From Calditrichota bacterium (lineage in GTDB: Bacteria; Electryoneota; AABM5-125-24; Hatepunaeales; Hatepunaeaceae), in the NCBI GenBank assembly GCA_016867835.1, contig VGIQ01000004.1:1-54344 (forward strand): a stretch of 54,344 nucleotides of DNA, read 5' to 3'. Position 1 is the stretch's first letter, and the number at the start of each line of letters is the position of its first letter. Below are positions 43,953 through 52,987 of the stretch, one piece after another. A program made the position numbers and the translations under genes. The notes under the pieces are model-generated. The model was not told the DNA's origin and did no database searches. It saw only the letters and a list, made by a program, of their open reading frames with translations.

Positions 43953-44140
43953 CATTGGATGTGGTGTCAGGTGTCCTCACCTGACACATACCGTCGGGTG
44001 GGGACACCCGACGGCACAATTACCTCTATATTAAGGCACTGGATGTGGTGTCAGGTGTCCTCACCTGACACATACCGTCGGGTGGGGACACCCGACGGCA
44101 CAATAAACGGGACATTGTAACGCCGCCATCCTGACGGCAC
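43953..44140 (+). repeat. Two tandem twin-hairpin REP-like elements plus a 36-nt conserved tail
   Basis: cattggatGTGGTGTCAGGTGtcctCACCTGACACataCCGTCGGGTGgggaCACCCGACGGcacaat at 43953-44020 and 44038-44104. Tail aaacgggacattgtaacgccgccatcctgacggcaca. Confidence 0.9.
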
Positions 44141-44156
44141 ACGAATCAGAACCTCT

Positions 44157-45284
44157 ATGTCCGCATCTTCTACCGTTCGCCCCAGCATCCTCGCCGTCGA
44201 TGACGAACGCGCCAATCTCAATCTGCTGCGGCGCACCTTTCACCGCGAATACGACCTCCATCTGGCCGAGAACGGCCCCGCCGGCATCGAGTTTCTGAAA
44301 CGCTATCCCATCGACATGATCATCTGCGACCAGCGTATGCCGGGAATGACCGGCGTGCAGATGCTGGTCGAGAGTTTAAAGATTTCTCCCTATGCCATTC
44401 GTATCATCCTGACCGCCTATTCCGACGTCCGCGACATTATCGAAAGCATCAACGAGGGGCGAATCTATCGTTACATTCTTAAGCCCTGGTCGCCCGACGA
44501 ACTGCGGGTGACGGTCGCCAAGGCATTCCAGCATTACCGTCTCGAAAATGAAAACCGCGATCTGGTGGTGCAGTTGCGGGCATCGCTTGAGGAGTTAAAG
44601 GCAGCGCAGGAGGAGTTGGTTCGACAAGAGCGCCTTTCGACCATCGGCCGAATGGCGTCGAGCATCATCCACGATTTGAAACTGCCGATGACCAACATTC
44701 GAGCCGGCGCGTCGCTCCTGGCGGGAGACCGCCTCGAACCGGCGCGGCGCAAGGAGTTCAGCGACATCATTCTGCGCGAAGTGGACCGGCTCACACTTAT
44801 GACCCGGGAGATCCTCGACTTTTCGCGCGGCGAGATGTCACTGGTTCGCGAGGAATTCGACCTCGGCGCGCTGCTGGCCGAGATTGCCGAAGACCTGCGG
44901 CGCGACTTCGACGACGCCGCTCTGACCCTGGTGCGCGATTGGGATGAGTTAGGTGTCATCGACGGCGACCGCAACCGTCTTCGCAGGGTCTTCCTTAACC
45001 TGGCGCTCAATGCCCGCGACGCTATGCACGAGGGCGGCCGGTTGACGATCCACGCCGGGCGCGACAGTAGAAATTTCCTCCTGCGCTTCCTTGACACCGG
45101 ACCCGGCTTCCCGAAGGAGATCCTCGACCGGATCTTCGAACCGTTCGTAACTCACGGCAAACATAACGGCACCGGACTTGGCATGACCATTGCCCGGAAG
45201 ATCGTCGAAGCGCACGACGGGACGATCCGGGCCGTCAATCCAAAGGGCGGAGGGGCATTAGTCGAGATAGAGTTGCCGGCTTGA
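44157..45284 (+). CDS. Hybrid two-component protein: N-terminal receiver + HisKA + HATPase
   Basis: ILAVDDERANL...MIICDQRMPGMTG...KPW (REC); IIHDLKLPMTNI (H-box); DTGPGFP...GTGLGMTIARKIVEAHDG. Confidence 0.85.
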   Translation: MSASSTVRPSILAVDDERANLNLLRRTFHREYDLHLAENGPAGIEFLKRYPIDMIICDQRMPGMTGVQMLVESLKISPYAIRIILTAYSDVRDIIESINEGRIYRYILKPWSPDELRVTVAKAFQHYRLENENRDLVVQLRASLEELKAAQEELVRQERLSTIGRMASSIIHDLKLPMTNIRAGASLLAGDRLEPARRKEFSDIILREVDRLTLMTREILDFSRGEMSLVREEFDLGALLAEIAEDLRRDFDDAALTLVRDWDELGVIDGDRNRLRRVFLNLALNARDAMHEGGRLTIHAGRDSRNFLLRFLDTGPGFPKEILDRIFEPFVTHGKHNGTGLGMTIARKIVEAHDGTIRAVNPKGGGALVEIELPA

Positions 45285-45348
45285 ATGTGCTCAAGGACTC
45301 AACCTCATGACGCAATATAGGCTGATTAGACTGGAGAGAATCACTAAA

Positions 45349-45408
45349 GTGGTGTCAGGTGTCCTCACCTGACACATACCGTCGGGTGGGGACACCCACC
45401 GGCACAAT
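45349..45408 (+). repeat. Twin-hairpin REP-like element overlapping the 5' end of cheW
   Basis: gtggtgtcaggtgtcctcacctgacacataccgtcgggtggggacacccaccggcacaat. Confidence 0.9.
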
Positions 45409-45883
45409 AAATAGAGTCTTCGACAAGGACGGCCAGCCCAGTCTGAAAGGGATCATTGCGGGGGAAGCGGTCATTCTGCCGCTCGCGGGAGTTGTTGCGG
45501 TGCAGCGGGTCGGCCGGATCGTCGCGCTGCCGGGATCGCCGCCCTGGCTTCCCGGGCTGATCTATTTTCGCGGCGGCATCGAAGCCGCTATAGACGCCGG
45601 GCGCCTCTGGGGACAGGGCAGTTTTCAGCCCGGCGACTCAGCGCGTGCCGTCCTGATCGAAGATAGCGGGCTAAGGGGGGTGTTGCTCTTCGATGACCTT
45701 CAAGAGTTGCTCGATATCGCTGCGCTTCCCTTTGCAGGCGGTGAACTGGCATCCCTGCCGCATCCTCCCGGCACCGCCGGAAGGCTGGTGACGAATCCGG
45801 CTGAGGATCATCCCCCGACCGCGCTGCTCCTGTCGTCCACGCAGTTGTTGCAAGGGCTTATGATGGGAAGAAAAGGAATATAG
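45359..45883 (+). CDS. cheW: CheW-like coupling protein
   Basis: ...EAVILPLAGVVAVQRVGRIVALPGSPPWLPGLIYFRGGIEAAIDAGRLWG...VLIEDSGLRGVLLFDDLQELL is a CheW-domain pattern. The only canonical in-frame starts (GTG 45359, GTG 45386) lie inside the REP element. Confidence 0.7.
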   Translation: MSSPDTYRRVGTPTGTINRVFDKDGQPSLKGIIAGEAVILPLAGVVAVQRVGRIVALPGSPPWLPGLIYFRGGIEAAIDAGRLWGQGSFQPGDSARAVLIEDSGLRGVLLFDDLQELLDIAALPFAGGELASLPHPPGTAGRLVTNPAEDHPPTALLLSSTQLLQGLMMGRKGI

Positions 45884-45886
45884 AAT

Positions 45887-46064
45887 CATTGGATGTGGTG
45901 TCAGGTGTCCACACCTGACACCTGCCGTCGGGTGGGGATACCCAACGGCACAATAAACGGGACATTGTGACGCCGCCATCCTGACGGCACAGGAAATCAT
46001 TGGATGTGGTGTCAGGTGTCCACACCTGACGCCTACCGTCGGGTGTGGCACCCGACGGCACAAT
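45887..46064 (+). repeat. Two twin-hairpin REP-like elements separated by the conserved tail
   Basis: Copies at 45887-45954 and 45997-46064. Tail aaacgggacattgtgacgccgccatcctgacggcaca at 45955-45991. Confidence 0.9.
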
Positions 46065-46092
46065 AACCTTATTCTTGCCGGAGGAAACACCC

Positions 46093-47301
46093 GTGAGCCG
46101 TTGGCTGCGGATCGGCCTGACCGACAAACTCTATATCCCGTTCGTAGGGATCCTCGTCCTCTCGGTAGCGGTTACGATAACCTCCACGCTCTACGTCCTG
46201 CGCACATCCGATGGCGAACATTCCACTCTGCAAGTGGCATTTGCCATTCTCGCCAGCGGTCTCTCGACCATTGTTGTCGGAGCCTTCGTCTATAGCCTCG
46301 TGCTTCGGCGTGTCCTCTTGAGCCGCATCCGATCGGCTATCGACGCCGCGCAGTCCATCGCCGGGCGCGACTTGACACGGCGGCTCGACGAACAGGGCGG
46401 CGACGAACTATCCGTCCTGGCCGCAGCCTTCAACACCATGACCGACAACCTGCGCGATCTGACACGAGCCTTGCAGCGAGTCTCAGGTGAAATGGAGGGA
46501 CGAGCCAAGGGCATCCTCGACACGGTCGAGCATCAGGCGTCGCTCTCAATCCGGCAATCGGAGGAGGTCTCACGACTCACCGGGACGATGTCGGAACTGG
46601 CGCTCTCAACACGCGAAATCGCCGGGTCGTCAACCCATGTCGTGCAGATAGCCGCCCAAACCCGTCGCGACTCCGAGCAAGGTGTCGCTGCCACCGACGA
46701 AAGCCGGACCCGAATGGACGAGATTTCGTCGGTCAATCGAGATCGCGCCGGTCAGATCGACGACTTGAAACGGCGCGCCTATCAGGTCGGAGAGGTGATG
46801 GAGTTCATCGAGCAGATCGCCGACCAGACTAAACTCATCGCCTTCAATGCCTCGATCGAAGCTGCCGGCGCCGGCGAAATGGGACGCCGGTTCGAGGTGG
46901 TGGCGCGTGAAATCCGCCGCCTGGCTGAGAATGTCGCCGAGTCTGCCGGCCAGATCCGTTCCCGCATCCTCGACATCCAGACCTCGAGTGAAAAGTTGGA
47001 CGAGATATCACAGGTTGAGTCGGAGAAGGTGCGGCTCGGGGCAGATGCCGCGCTCAATACGGTCTCGGTGTTGCACCGCATCCGGGAAGGCTCGGGCCGA
47101 ACCACTGCACTGGTGGAAGAAATATCGGGGGCTATCAATCGTCATGACAGCGCGTCCGGGCAACTGGTAGCAGCCTTGCAGGACATCGACCAGCAAGCCT
47201 CAGCGCTGCGCGACGGCTTGCAGTCGCTCAGCGACATCGCCTCCTCTATGCGCACCCTCGCGTCAAACCTGCACAACCTGACGGCTGGAGTCAGACTTTA
47301 G
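46093..47301 (+). CDS. Methyl-accepting chemotaxis protein (two TM helices, HAMP, signalling domain)
   Basis: GGAGGA RBS at 46080-46085 before GTG 46093. HAMP IAGRDLTRRLDEQGGDELSVLAAAFNTM. Hairpin tip IADQTKLIAFNASIEAAGAGEMGRRFEVVAREIRRLAE. Confidence 0.9.
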   Translation: MSRWLRIGLTDKLYIPFVGILVLSVAVTITSTLYVLRTSDGEHSTLQVAFAILASGLSTIVVGAFVYSLVLRRVLLSRIRSAIDAAQSIAGRDLTRRLDEQGGDELSVLAAAFNTMTDNLRDLTRALQRVSGEMEGRAKGILDTVEHQASLSIRQSEEVSRLTGTMSELALSTREIAGSSTHVVQIAAQTRRDSEQGVAATDESRTRMDEISSVNRDRAGQIDDLKRRAYQVGEVMEFIEQIADQTKLIAFNASIEAAGAGEMGRRFEVVAREIRRLAENVAESAGQIRSRILDIQTSSEKLDEISQVESEKVRLGADAALNTVSVLHRIREGSGRTTALVEEISGAINRHDSASGQLVAALQDIDQQASALRDGLQSLSDIASSMRTLASNLHNLTAGVRL

Positions 47302-47325
47302 TGCTTGTTGCAGGCAGAGCATAGT

Positions 47326-49104
47326 ATGGCCAAGGTTGACCTGAGCCGGTTTGCCGGACGATTCCGTCAGGAGACTCGCGACAACCTCACCGATTTCGAC
47401 AAGGCGATGCTAAGCCTTGAACGCCATTCGGACGGCGGCGAGTCATTCGACGAGGCAATGCGGGAGTTGATGCGCCTCACCCACGCTATCAAAGGCGGCG
47501 CCAGAATGATCGGCTTCACGGCGGTCAATCGCCTGACCCACAGCCTCGAAGAGTTCCTCATATCGCTGCGAAAGCAAGGACGTGCCGGGCCGGGCGAGAT
47601 AGATTTGATCGCCGAGTCGCGGAGTGCCATCGACCGGCTCCTCTTCGAGCGCGCTGAGGAGAGCCCAGATCTTCCCGACTGGACTTTAGTCCTGTTTGAA
47701 CGGTTGGCCGGCAACTCGGGTCCTGAACGGAAGACGCTCACCTCTGGCGCGGATGACACCAGCACAGGAATTGCGCCTGAGGGGCCGGGCCGTCCGCCGG
47801 AGGCAGCGGTCCCCATCGCCACTTCATCCCGTCGCGTCGATGAGAGCACCGTGCGGGTCGATATCGACGCCCTCGATGACATTCTACTTTACGGTCGGGA
47901 ACTCTCCGAGTCGCTAGACGGCCTTCGTCAGTCTCAATCTCAGATCGAACGGCTCAGCCGACGGATCGAGGACGAAGGGGTGCTACAGCCCGACCGATTG
48001 GCGCACGAATTGTCGAGGATTGCCATCGGCCTGCGCGAGAGAATCGCCGATGTCGATCGTGCGATGCGTCAGATAGATTCCGGCGCGGTTGAACTTAGGA
48101 TGCGGCCGCTTAGCGAACTGCTGGAGGTGATCCCTCTTCAGGCACGGGAACTGGCACGGGCGCTCGGCAAGGAGGTCGAAGTCGAGTTCACCGGCGAATC
48201 GGTGCGGCTCGACGGGAGGATTGTCGAATTGCTGCGCGAACCGCTCCTGCACATCGTCCGCAACGCCCTCGACCACGGGATCGAGCCGCCCGACGAACGT
48301 GAGAAGGCAGGCAAACCGCGACGCGGGCAGTTGACTGTAGGCGGCTTCGAGATTGCCGGTTGGGCGCGGCTGGTGATTGCCGACGATGGCGGCGGACTCA
48401 ACCTCGACCAGATTCTAAAGCGAGCCATCGAACTGGGGATCGCTGCGCGCGATGCTCTGCTTTCGCCGGGTGATGTTCGCGGGCTTCTCTTCGACGAGCG
48501 CTTCACCTCACGGCGGGTAGCGTCGGATGTATCAGGACGGGGTGTAGGACTGGCTGCAGTGCGGCGTCGGATAAAAGAACTGCGCGGAGATGTGTCAATA
48601 GACGGTTCGCCCGGACTCGGAACACGCATCGTCCTCCAGGTGCCGACTTCGCTCTCGAGCCAGCGCGCGCTCATCGTAGCGCTGCGCGGACTGGGCGATG
48701 CACCAGATGACTTGCGCTACTTCGGCCTGCCGACCGCGCTCGTCCGTGAGACGACCCGTCATGGTATCGCGGCTCTCGAGGAAGCCGATTCTTCGGGGCC
48801 CTCCTTTATGCTCCATCCGCCGGTATCGCTTGCTGCGCTGCTCGAAGGCACCCCGCTGCCGGCGCGGGCACACGAAGCCTATCATCTGATCTGCACCGAT
48901 GGGCTTAACAGCGGCACCCTGGCAGTGCATAAGATTATCGCCGAGACCGAGATGATCGTCCACCCATTGCCGGAGATTGCCCGCGGTGCAGAATTGATCG
49001 CCGGTGCTGCAGCGCTCGGGAACGATGAGATGCTGCTCCTCTTGAATGTGCCAAAGTTGCTGGCGGCACTCACGGCAACGGGCCAGGTGCCTTCAGCGGC
49101 GTAA
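47326..49104 (+). CDS. cheA: Chemotaxis histidine kinase CheA
   Basis: Hpt LMRLTHAIKGGARMIG; dimerisation VRVDIDALDDILLYGREL; HATPase HIVRNALDHGIE...DDGGGL...GRGVGLAAV; C-terminal CheW-like domain. Confidence 0.9.
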   Translation: MAKVDLSRFAGRFRQETRDNLTDFDKAMLSLERHSDGGESFDEAMRELMRLTHAIKGGARMIGFTAVNRLTHSLEEFLISLRKQGRAGPGEIDLIAESRSAIDRLLFERAEESPDLPDWTLVLFERLAGNSGPERKTLTSGADDTSTGIAPEGPGRPPEAAVPIATSSRRVDESTVRVDIDALDDILLYGRELSESLDGLRQSQSQIERLSRRIEDEGVLQPDRLAHELSRIAIGLRERIADVDRAMRQIDSGAVELRMRPLSELLEVIPLQARELARALGKEVEVEFTGESVRLDGRIVELLREPLLHIVRNALDHGIEPPDEREKAGKPRRGQLTVGGFEIAGWARLVIADDGGGLNLDQILKRAIELGIAARDALLSPGDVRGLLFDERFTSRRVASDVSGRGVGLAAVRRRIKELRGDVSIDGSPGLGTRIVLQVPTSLSSQRALIVALRGLGDAPDDLRYFGLPTALVRETTRHGIAALEEADSSGPSFMLHPPVSLAALLEGTPLPARAHEAYHLICTDGLNSGTLAVHKIIAETEMIVHPLPEIARGAELIAGAAALGNDEMLLLLNVPKLLAALTATGQVPSAA

Positions 49105-49182
49105 ACTGATTTATCCGGGGCGGGATGATCCCGCCCGGACGGCTTGTATGCCAACTCCCCAGGCTCTAATAATGATTGCCTT

Positions 49183-50985
49183 ATGACCTCTGATGGGCCG
49201 CTCATTCTGGTGGCCGACGACAGCCCGACTGTGACCGGCATCCTCGGTTTCCTCTTCAGCGAGCAGGGCTGGCGGGTTACGACCGCGGCGGACGGTGTCG
49301 AAGCGGTCCTGCGGTTCTACGAAGCGCCACCGGACCTGGTAGTGCTCGACATCGAGATGCCCCGCATGGACGGGTATCAGGTCTGCCGCCTGCTGAAGGA
49401 AGATCCCGAAGCGAAACGGGTGCCGGTGGTGATCCTCACTTCGCGCGACATGCAGAGCGACCGTTTTCGGGGGCTCTCGGCCGGAGCGGACGCCTACGTC
49501 GTCAAGGACCTCGAAGACGACAACCTGTTGGTTACAATTCGAGATCGACTTTCGGCGCAAACTGCGACCTCGCCTATCCCGCCGCGACGGGTGAGCGAAG
49601 GCGAGATCCTCCGCACCGTCAACCGAATGCTTGACCAGCGCCTCTTTATTATGACCGTTACCGGGGAACTGGAACGACTCGGGGCAAAGGTCGCCGACTT
49701 CGAAGACTTGATACAACAGGTGGTGCAACTTTACTCGCGCGTCTTCGAATTTGTCGTCGGCGGAGTCTGCATTAGGGACGGCGATGCGCCGGCGCACTAT
49801 CTTGTCAGCGATCTGGAAGCTGGCTCGGCGGTGTTGGACGACCTTAGCCGGTGGCTCGTCAGCGAAGCAGGCTTGACGGGCGAGCCGTCGAGCATCCGCA
49901 TCTTTCCTCACGAACGGACGCCGCGCCTTGCCGACGGCGATCCCGCATATCGAATGGCCTGGCCGATAGCATCTCACGGAAAGACTATCGGCGCCTTCGG
50001 TATGGCTTCGACCTCACCGCTCAAGTTTGAGTCTGAAGGACGCTATCTTCACGAGCAGTTCCTTGCCCGCGCGGCAATCGTCATCCAGAACGCGCTCCTG
50101 ATGAAGCAGTTGGGCGAGCGCAACCAGGCTCTTGCCAATGCTCTGGCTAAGTTGAAGGAAGCGCAGAGCCAATTGGTGCAGTCTGAGAAGATGGCATCGC
50201 TCGGTCAGATGCTCGCCGGCCTGGTGCATGAGATCAACAACCCGCTCAATTTCATTGCCGGCAATATCGAAATCCTCGACGAATCTTACGGTGGGATGCT
50301 GAAGTTGATCGACGCCCAAGCCGTGTCGCAGGACAATGCAGAACGCGAAGCGGGTGCTTTAACTTACGGTGAAGTCGATCTCGAATTCATTCGAGAGGAC
50401 CTCCCGTCCCTTATTGCCGATGTTCGGGAGGGCGTCGTCCGGGCGCGCCAGATTGTGCAGGATCTCTGGACCTTTACGGCGCAAGATCGAGGCGACGAAC
50501 AGCTCTCGGATCTGGCAACGATCCTCCACTCGACGGTCAATGTCCTGCGCCATCGCTGGGAGCCAGTCGCGGAGGTAAAGGAGTCCTATGCCGCATTGCC
50601 GACCTATCTCTGCAACAGCGGGCAGATCGGGCAGACCGCGCTCAATCTGCTCACTAACGCTATTCAGGCGGTGATCGATCGACCGAAGTCAGTCGCCACG
50701 GGCAAGGGTCGGATCGAAGTCGGGCTGAAGCATGAAGGAGATTTCGTCCTGATAGAGGTCTCCGACGACGGGATCGGCATTCCGGAAGAAAACCTGGGCC
50801 TGGTCTTTGAGCCCTTCTTCACCACCCGCGACGTCGGCAGCGGTATGGGACTGGGACTCTCGATTGCGCATGGCATCGTCGCCCGACACGACGGCCGGAT
50901 AGGGATCGTCAGCCAGCCCGGGAAGGGGACGACCGTTCGGATCACTCTTCCGGCATCGAGGTTGACCCAAGACCACACCGTTTAG
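49183..50985 (+). CDS. Hybrid two-component protein: N-terminal receiver + central sensory (GAF-like) region + HisKA + HATPase
   Basis: LILVADDSPTV...LVVLDIEMPRMDGYQVC...ILTSRD (REC); LVHEINNPLNFI (H-box); SDDGIGIP...GSGMGLGLSIAHGIVARHDG. Confidence 0.85.
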   Translation: MTSDGPLILVADDSPTVTGILGFLFSEQGWRVTTAADGVEAVLRFYEAPPDLVVLDIEMPRMDGYQVCRLLKEDPEAKRVPVVILTSRDMQSDRFRGLSAGADAYVVKDLEDDNLLVTIRDRLSAQTATSPIPPRRVSEGEILRTVNRMLDQRLFIMTVTGELERLGAKVADFEDLIQQVVQLYSRVFEFVVGGVCIRDGDAPAHYLVSDLEAGSAVLDDLSRWLVSEAGLTGEPSSIRIFPHERTPRLADGDPAYRMAWPIASHGKTIGAFGMASTSPLKFESEGRYLHEQFLARAAIVIQNALLMKQLGERNQALANALAKLKEAQSQLVQSEKMASLGQMLAGLVHEINNPLNFIAGNIEILDESYGGMLKLIDAQAVSQDNAEREAGALTYGEVDLEFIREDLPSLIADVREGVVRARQIVQDLWTFTAQDRGDEQLSDLATILHSTVNVLRHRWEPVAEVKESYAALPTYLCNSGQIGQTALNLLTNAIQAVIDRPKSVATGKGRIEVGLKHEGDFVLIEVSDDGIGIPEENLGLVFEPFFTTRDVGSGMGLGLSIAHGIVARHDGRIGIVSQPGKGTTVRITLPASRLTQDHTV

Positions 50986-50995
50986 ACTACAAGAT

Positions 50996-51388
50996 TTGAT
51001 AGTGACCAACAAGCAGCGCATCCTCATCGCGGATGACGATCCCGCCTTGATCAGCATCCTGACGCATCTCCTGGAGTCCGAAAACTACGAGGTTATAAGC
51101 GCTTCGGACGGCGTCGCAGCCCTCGAAGCCGCGCGCCGGACCATGCCCGATCTGGTGATCCTCGATCTCATGATGCCGCGCCTCGACGGGTTCGGCGTCC
51201 TAATGAAACTCTACGGCGATGAGCCGCGCCTCCGCGCGCCGGCCATAATGCTGACCGCGCAGAGCGGACGCGACTATCGGGACGTGGCGGCGTCGCTCGG
51301 AGCGATTACGTTCGTCGAGAAGCCGTTCGACAACGAACGTCTGCTCGACATCGTCCGGAAAACCCTGGCAATCAAACCTCGGTCGTAA
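50996..51388 (+). CDS. Single-domain response regulator (CheY-like)
   Basis: RILIADDDPALISIL...DLVILDLMMPRLDGFGV...MLTAQ...FVEKPF. Start at TTG 50996 or GTG 51002. Confidence 0.85.
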   Translation: MIVTNKQRILIADDDPALISILTHLLESENYEVISASDGVAALEAARRTMPDLVILDLMMPRLDGFGVLMKLYGDEPRLRAPAIMLTAQSGRDYRDVAASLGAITFVEKPFDNERLLDIVRKTLAIKPRS

Positions 51389-51389
51389 G

Positions 51390-52964
51390 ATGGATGAAGA
51401 GGATAAACGGCTCGGCGAGATCCTTGTTCGGCAGAATGTCGTGGCCCGAACCGACCTTCAAGCGGCAACGCGCGAGAGTCGCAAGCGCGGAATTTCGCTG
51501 CGCGGCGCACTTGTAGGGCTCGACATCTGCCTTGAAGATCACATCAACTGGGCGGTCAGCCGGGAGTTGGGGATCCCGTTTGTGCTGGTCACGCAGGAGA
51601 TGGTCGATCGGGATCTTCTGCAGCGCTATCCGCCGAATTTGCTCCGGTCGTCGCAGGCGATACCGCTGCCCGATGCCATGGGCGGGGTGACGATTGTGAT
51701 GGCTGATCCGTTTGACGACGAGTCGTTCGACCTCCTGGCGGCGGTAACGACCGGCGACGTCCGGCGGGCGGTCGGGCCGGCAGCGCGCATTCAATACGCG
51801 CTCGAATTACTGCCTGAGCCGGAGGAGCGGCAGTTGATCTCGGAGACTGCGTCGCATGACGCCTCCGGCGTGGCGACGGTCTATGCCTTGCTGGTCGAGG
51901 CTTACCGGACTGGCGCGCGTCGCATCCTGATCCGTCCTTCAGGCGATGGCGCTGAAGCCGCCTTCCGGCTCGAGCGCGGCTGGGTCATCCGCAAGGCCTG
52001 GTCGAAGGAGCAATTCCTGCCGATCTGGACGCGATTCCGGGTAATGGCTGGCTTGTCGGTTGAAATGAACGGGACACGTGAGAGCGCAGTGCTCAATGCC
52101 CGTATCGAGTCCGTCCGGGTCCGGATTGAGTTCGCTTTCCTAAGGGAAAACAGTGCCGAGAGTCTGGCGCTCGACCTCTATCCTTATCAGCCCGCAAGGA
52201 CTTTGGTAGAATTTCAAGCCTTGACCGTATCGCATCGCAAGGCATTGGAGGGGCTCTTTCGCCCCCGCCGACAGACTGGAATAGTGATCGTCAATGCATT
52301 CGATGAGTTTCAGCGCCAACGGATGCTCTACGCGATAGTGAGCCTCCTGGCGCCGCGCAAACTCGATATGCTCGCAATCGAGCCACGGGTCCGTTTTGAG
52401 CATCAACTGGTCCGGCGTCTCGAAGCCGGACCGGAGGGTGAGAGTCTGGAATGGTTTCTAAAGCAGCCGTTTGACACCGGTATTGTGCCAACGGCATCGG
52501 TTACGTCGGCGCGGCGGCTCTTCGAAACCGCCGGTGACCGGTTGATCCTGCTCGGGCTTGATTTTCTGCAAACCCATCTGGCACTGGAGGCGCTGCGTGA
52601 GTCGGTCGGGAGCGGTGCGCTGCTGGCCGACCGGCTGCGTGTCATCTGGACGGGCCGCCGCGTGGCGCTCGCCTGCGGAACCTGCGGGGGCACGATCTCG
52701 CCGCGACGCGGACAGGCGGTCTCAGGCCTTTGCGAAGGATGCAATGGCTACGGAACGGACCGTTACGACGACCTCTTCGAGATCCTCGTGGTGGACGACA
52801 ACTGCCGAAAGATGTTTGCCGGAAACAGCTTATCCACCATTGAGGAGGATTCTGTTAAGCCGATCCTGACCGGCGCTTCGATCCGGTCGCTGCTTGAGGC
52901 CGGCATATCCGCAGGGCGTATATTCGATCCAGGAGAGGCAAAGACTGTCAGGAAAAGTCATTAG
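51390..52964 (+). CDS. PilB/GspE-like protein with a T2SSE_N (MshEN-like) N-domain and a degenerate ATPase core that lacks a Walker A
   Basis: N-terminus KRLGEILVRQNVVARTDLQAA...LGIPFV...AIPLPDAMGGVTIVMADPFD. Collinear with PilB through ...ARRILIRPSGDGAEAAFRLERG..., but GIVIVNAFDEFQRQRMLY replaces GxxLVTGPTGSGKTTTLY. Tetracysteine CGTCGG...CEGCNGYG is retained. Confidence 0.7.
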   Translation: MDEEDKRLGEILVRQNVVARTDLQAATRESRKRGISLRGALVGLDICLEDHINWAVSRELGIPFVLVTQEMVDRDLLQRYPPNLLRSSQAIPLPDAMGGVTIVMADPFDDESFDLLAAVTTGDVRRAVGPAARIQYALELLPEPEERQLISETASHDASGVATVYALLVEAYRTGARRILIRPSGDGAEAAFRLERGWVIRKAWSKEQFLPIWTRFRVMAGLSVEMNGTRESAVLNARIESVRVRIEFAFLRENSAESLALDLYPYQPARTLVEFQALTVSHRKALEGLFRPRRQTGIVIVNAFDEFQRQRMLYAIVSLLAPRKLDMLAIEPRVRFEHQLVRRLEAGPEGESLEWFLKQPFDTGIVPTASVTSARRLFETAGDRLILLGLDFLQTHLALEALRESVGSGALLADRLRVIWTGRRVALACGTCGGTISPRRGQAVSGLCEGCNGYGTDRYDDLFEILVVDDNCRKMFAGNSLSTIEEDSVKPILTGASIRSLLEAGISAGRIFDPGEAKTVRKSH

Positions 52965-52987
52965 GCAACGAGACACCACTTTCATTG

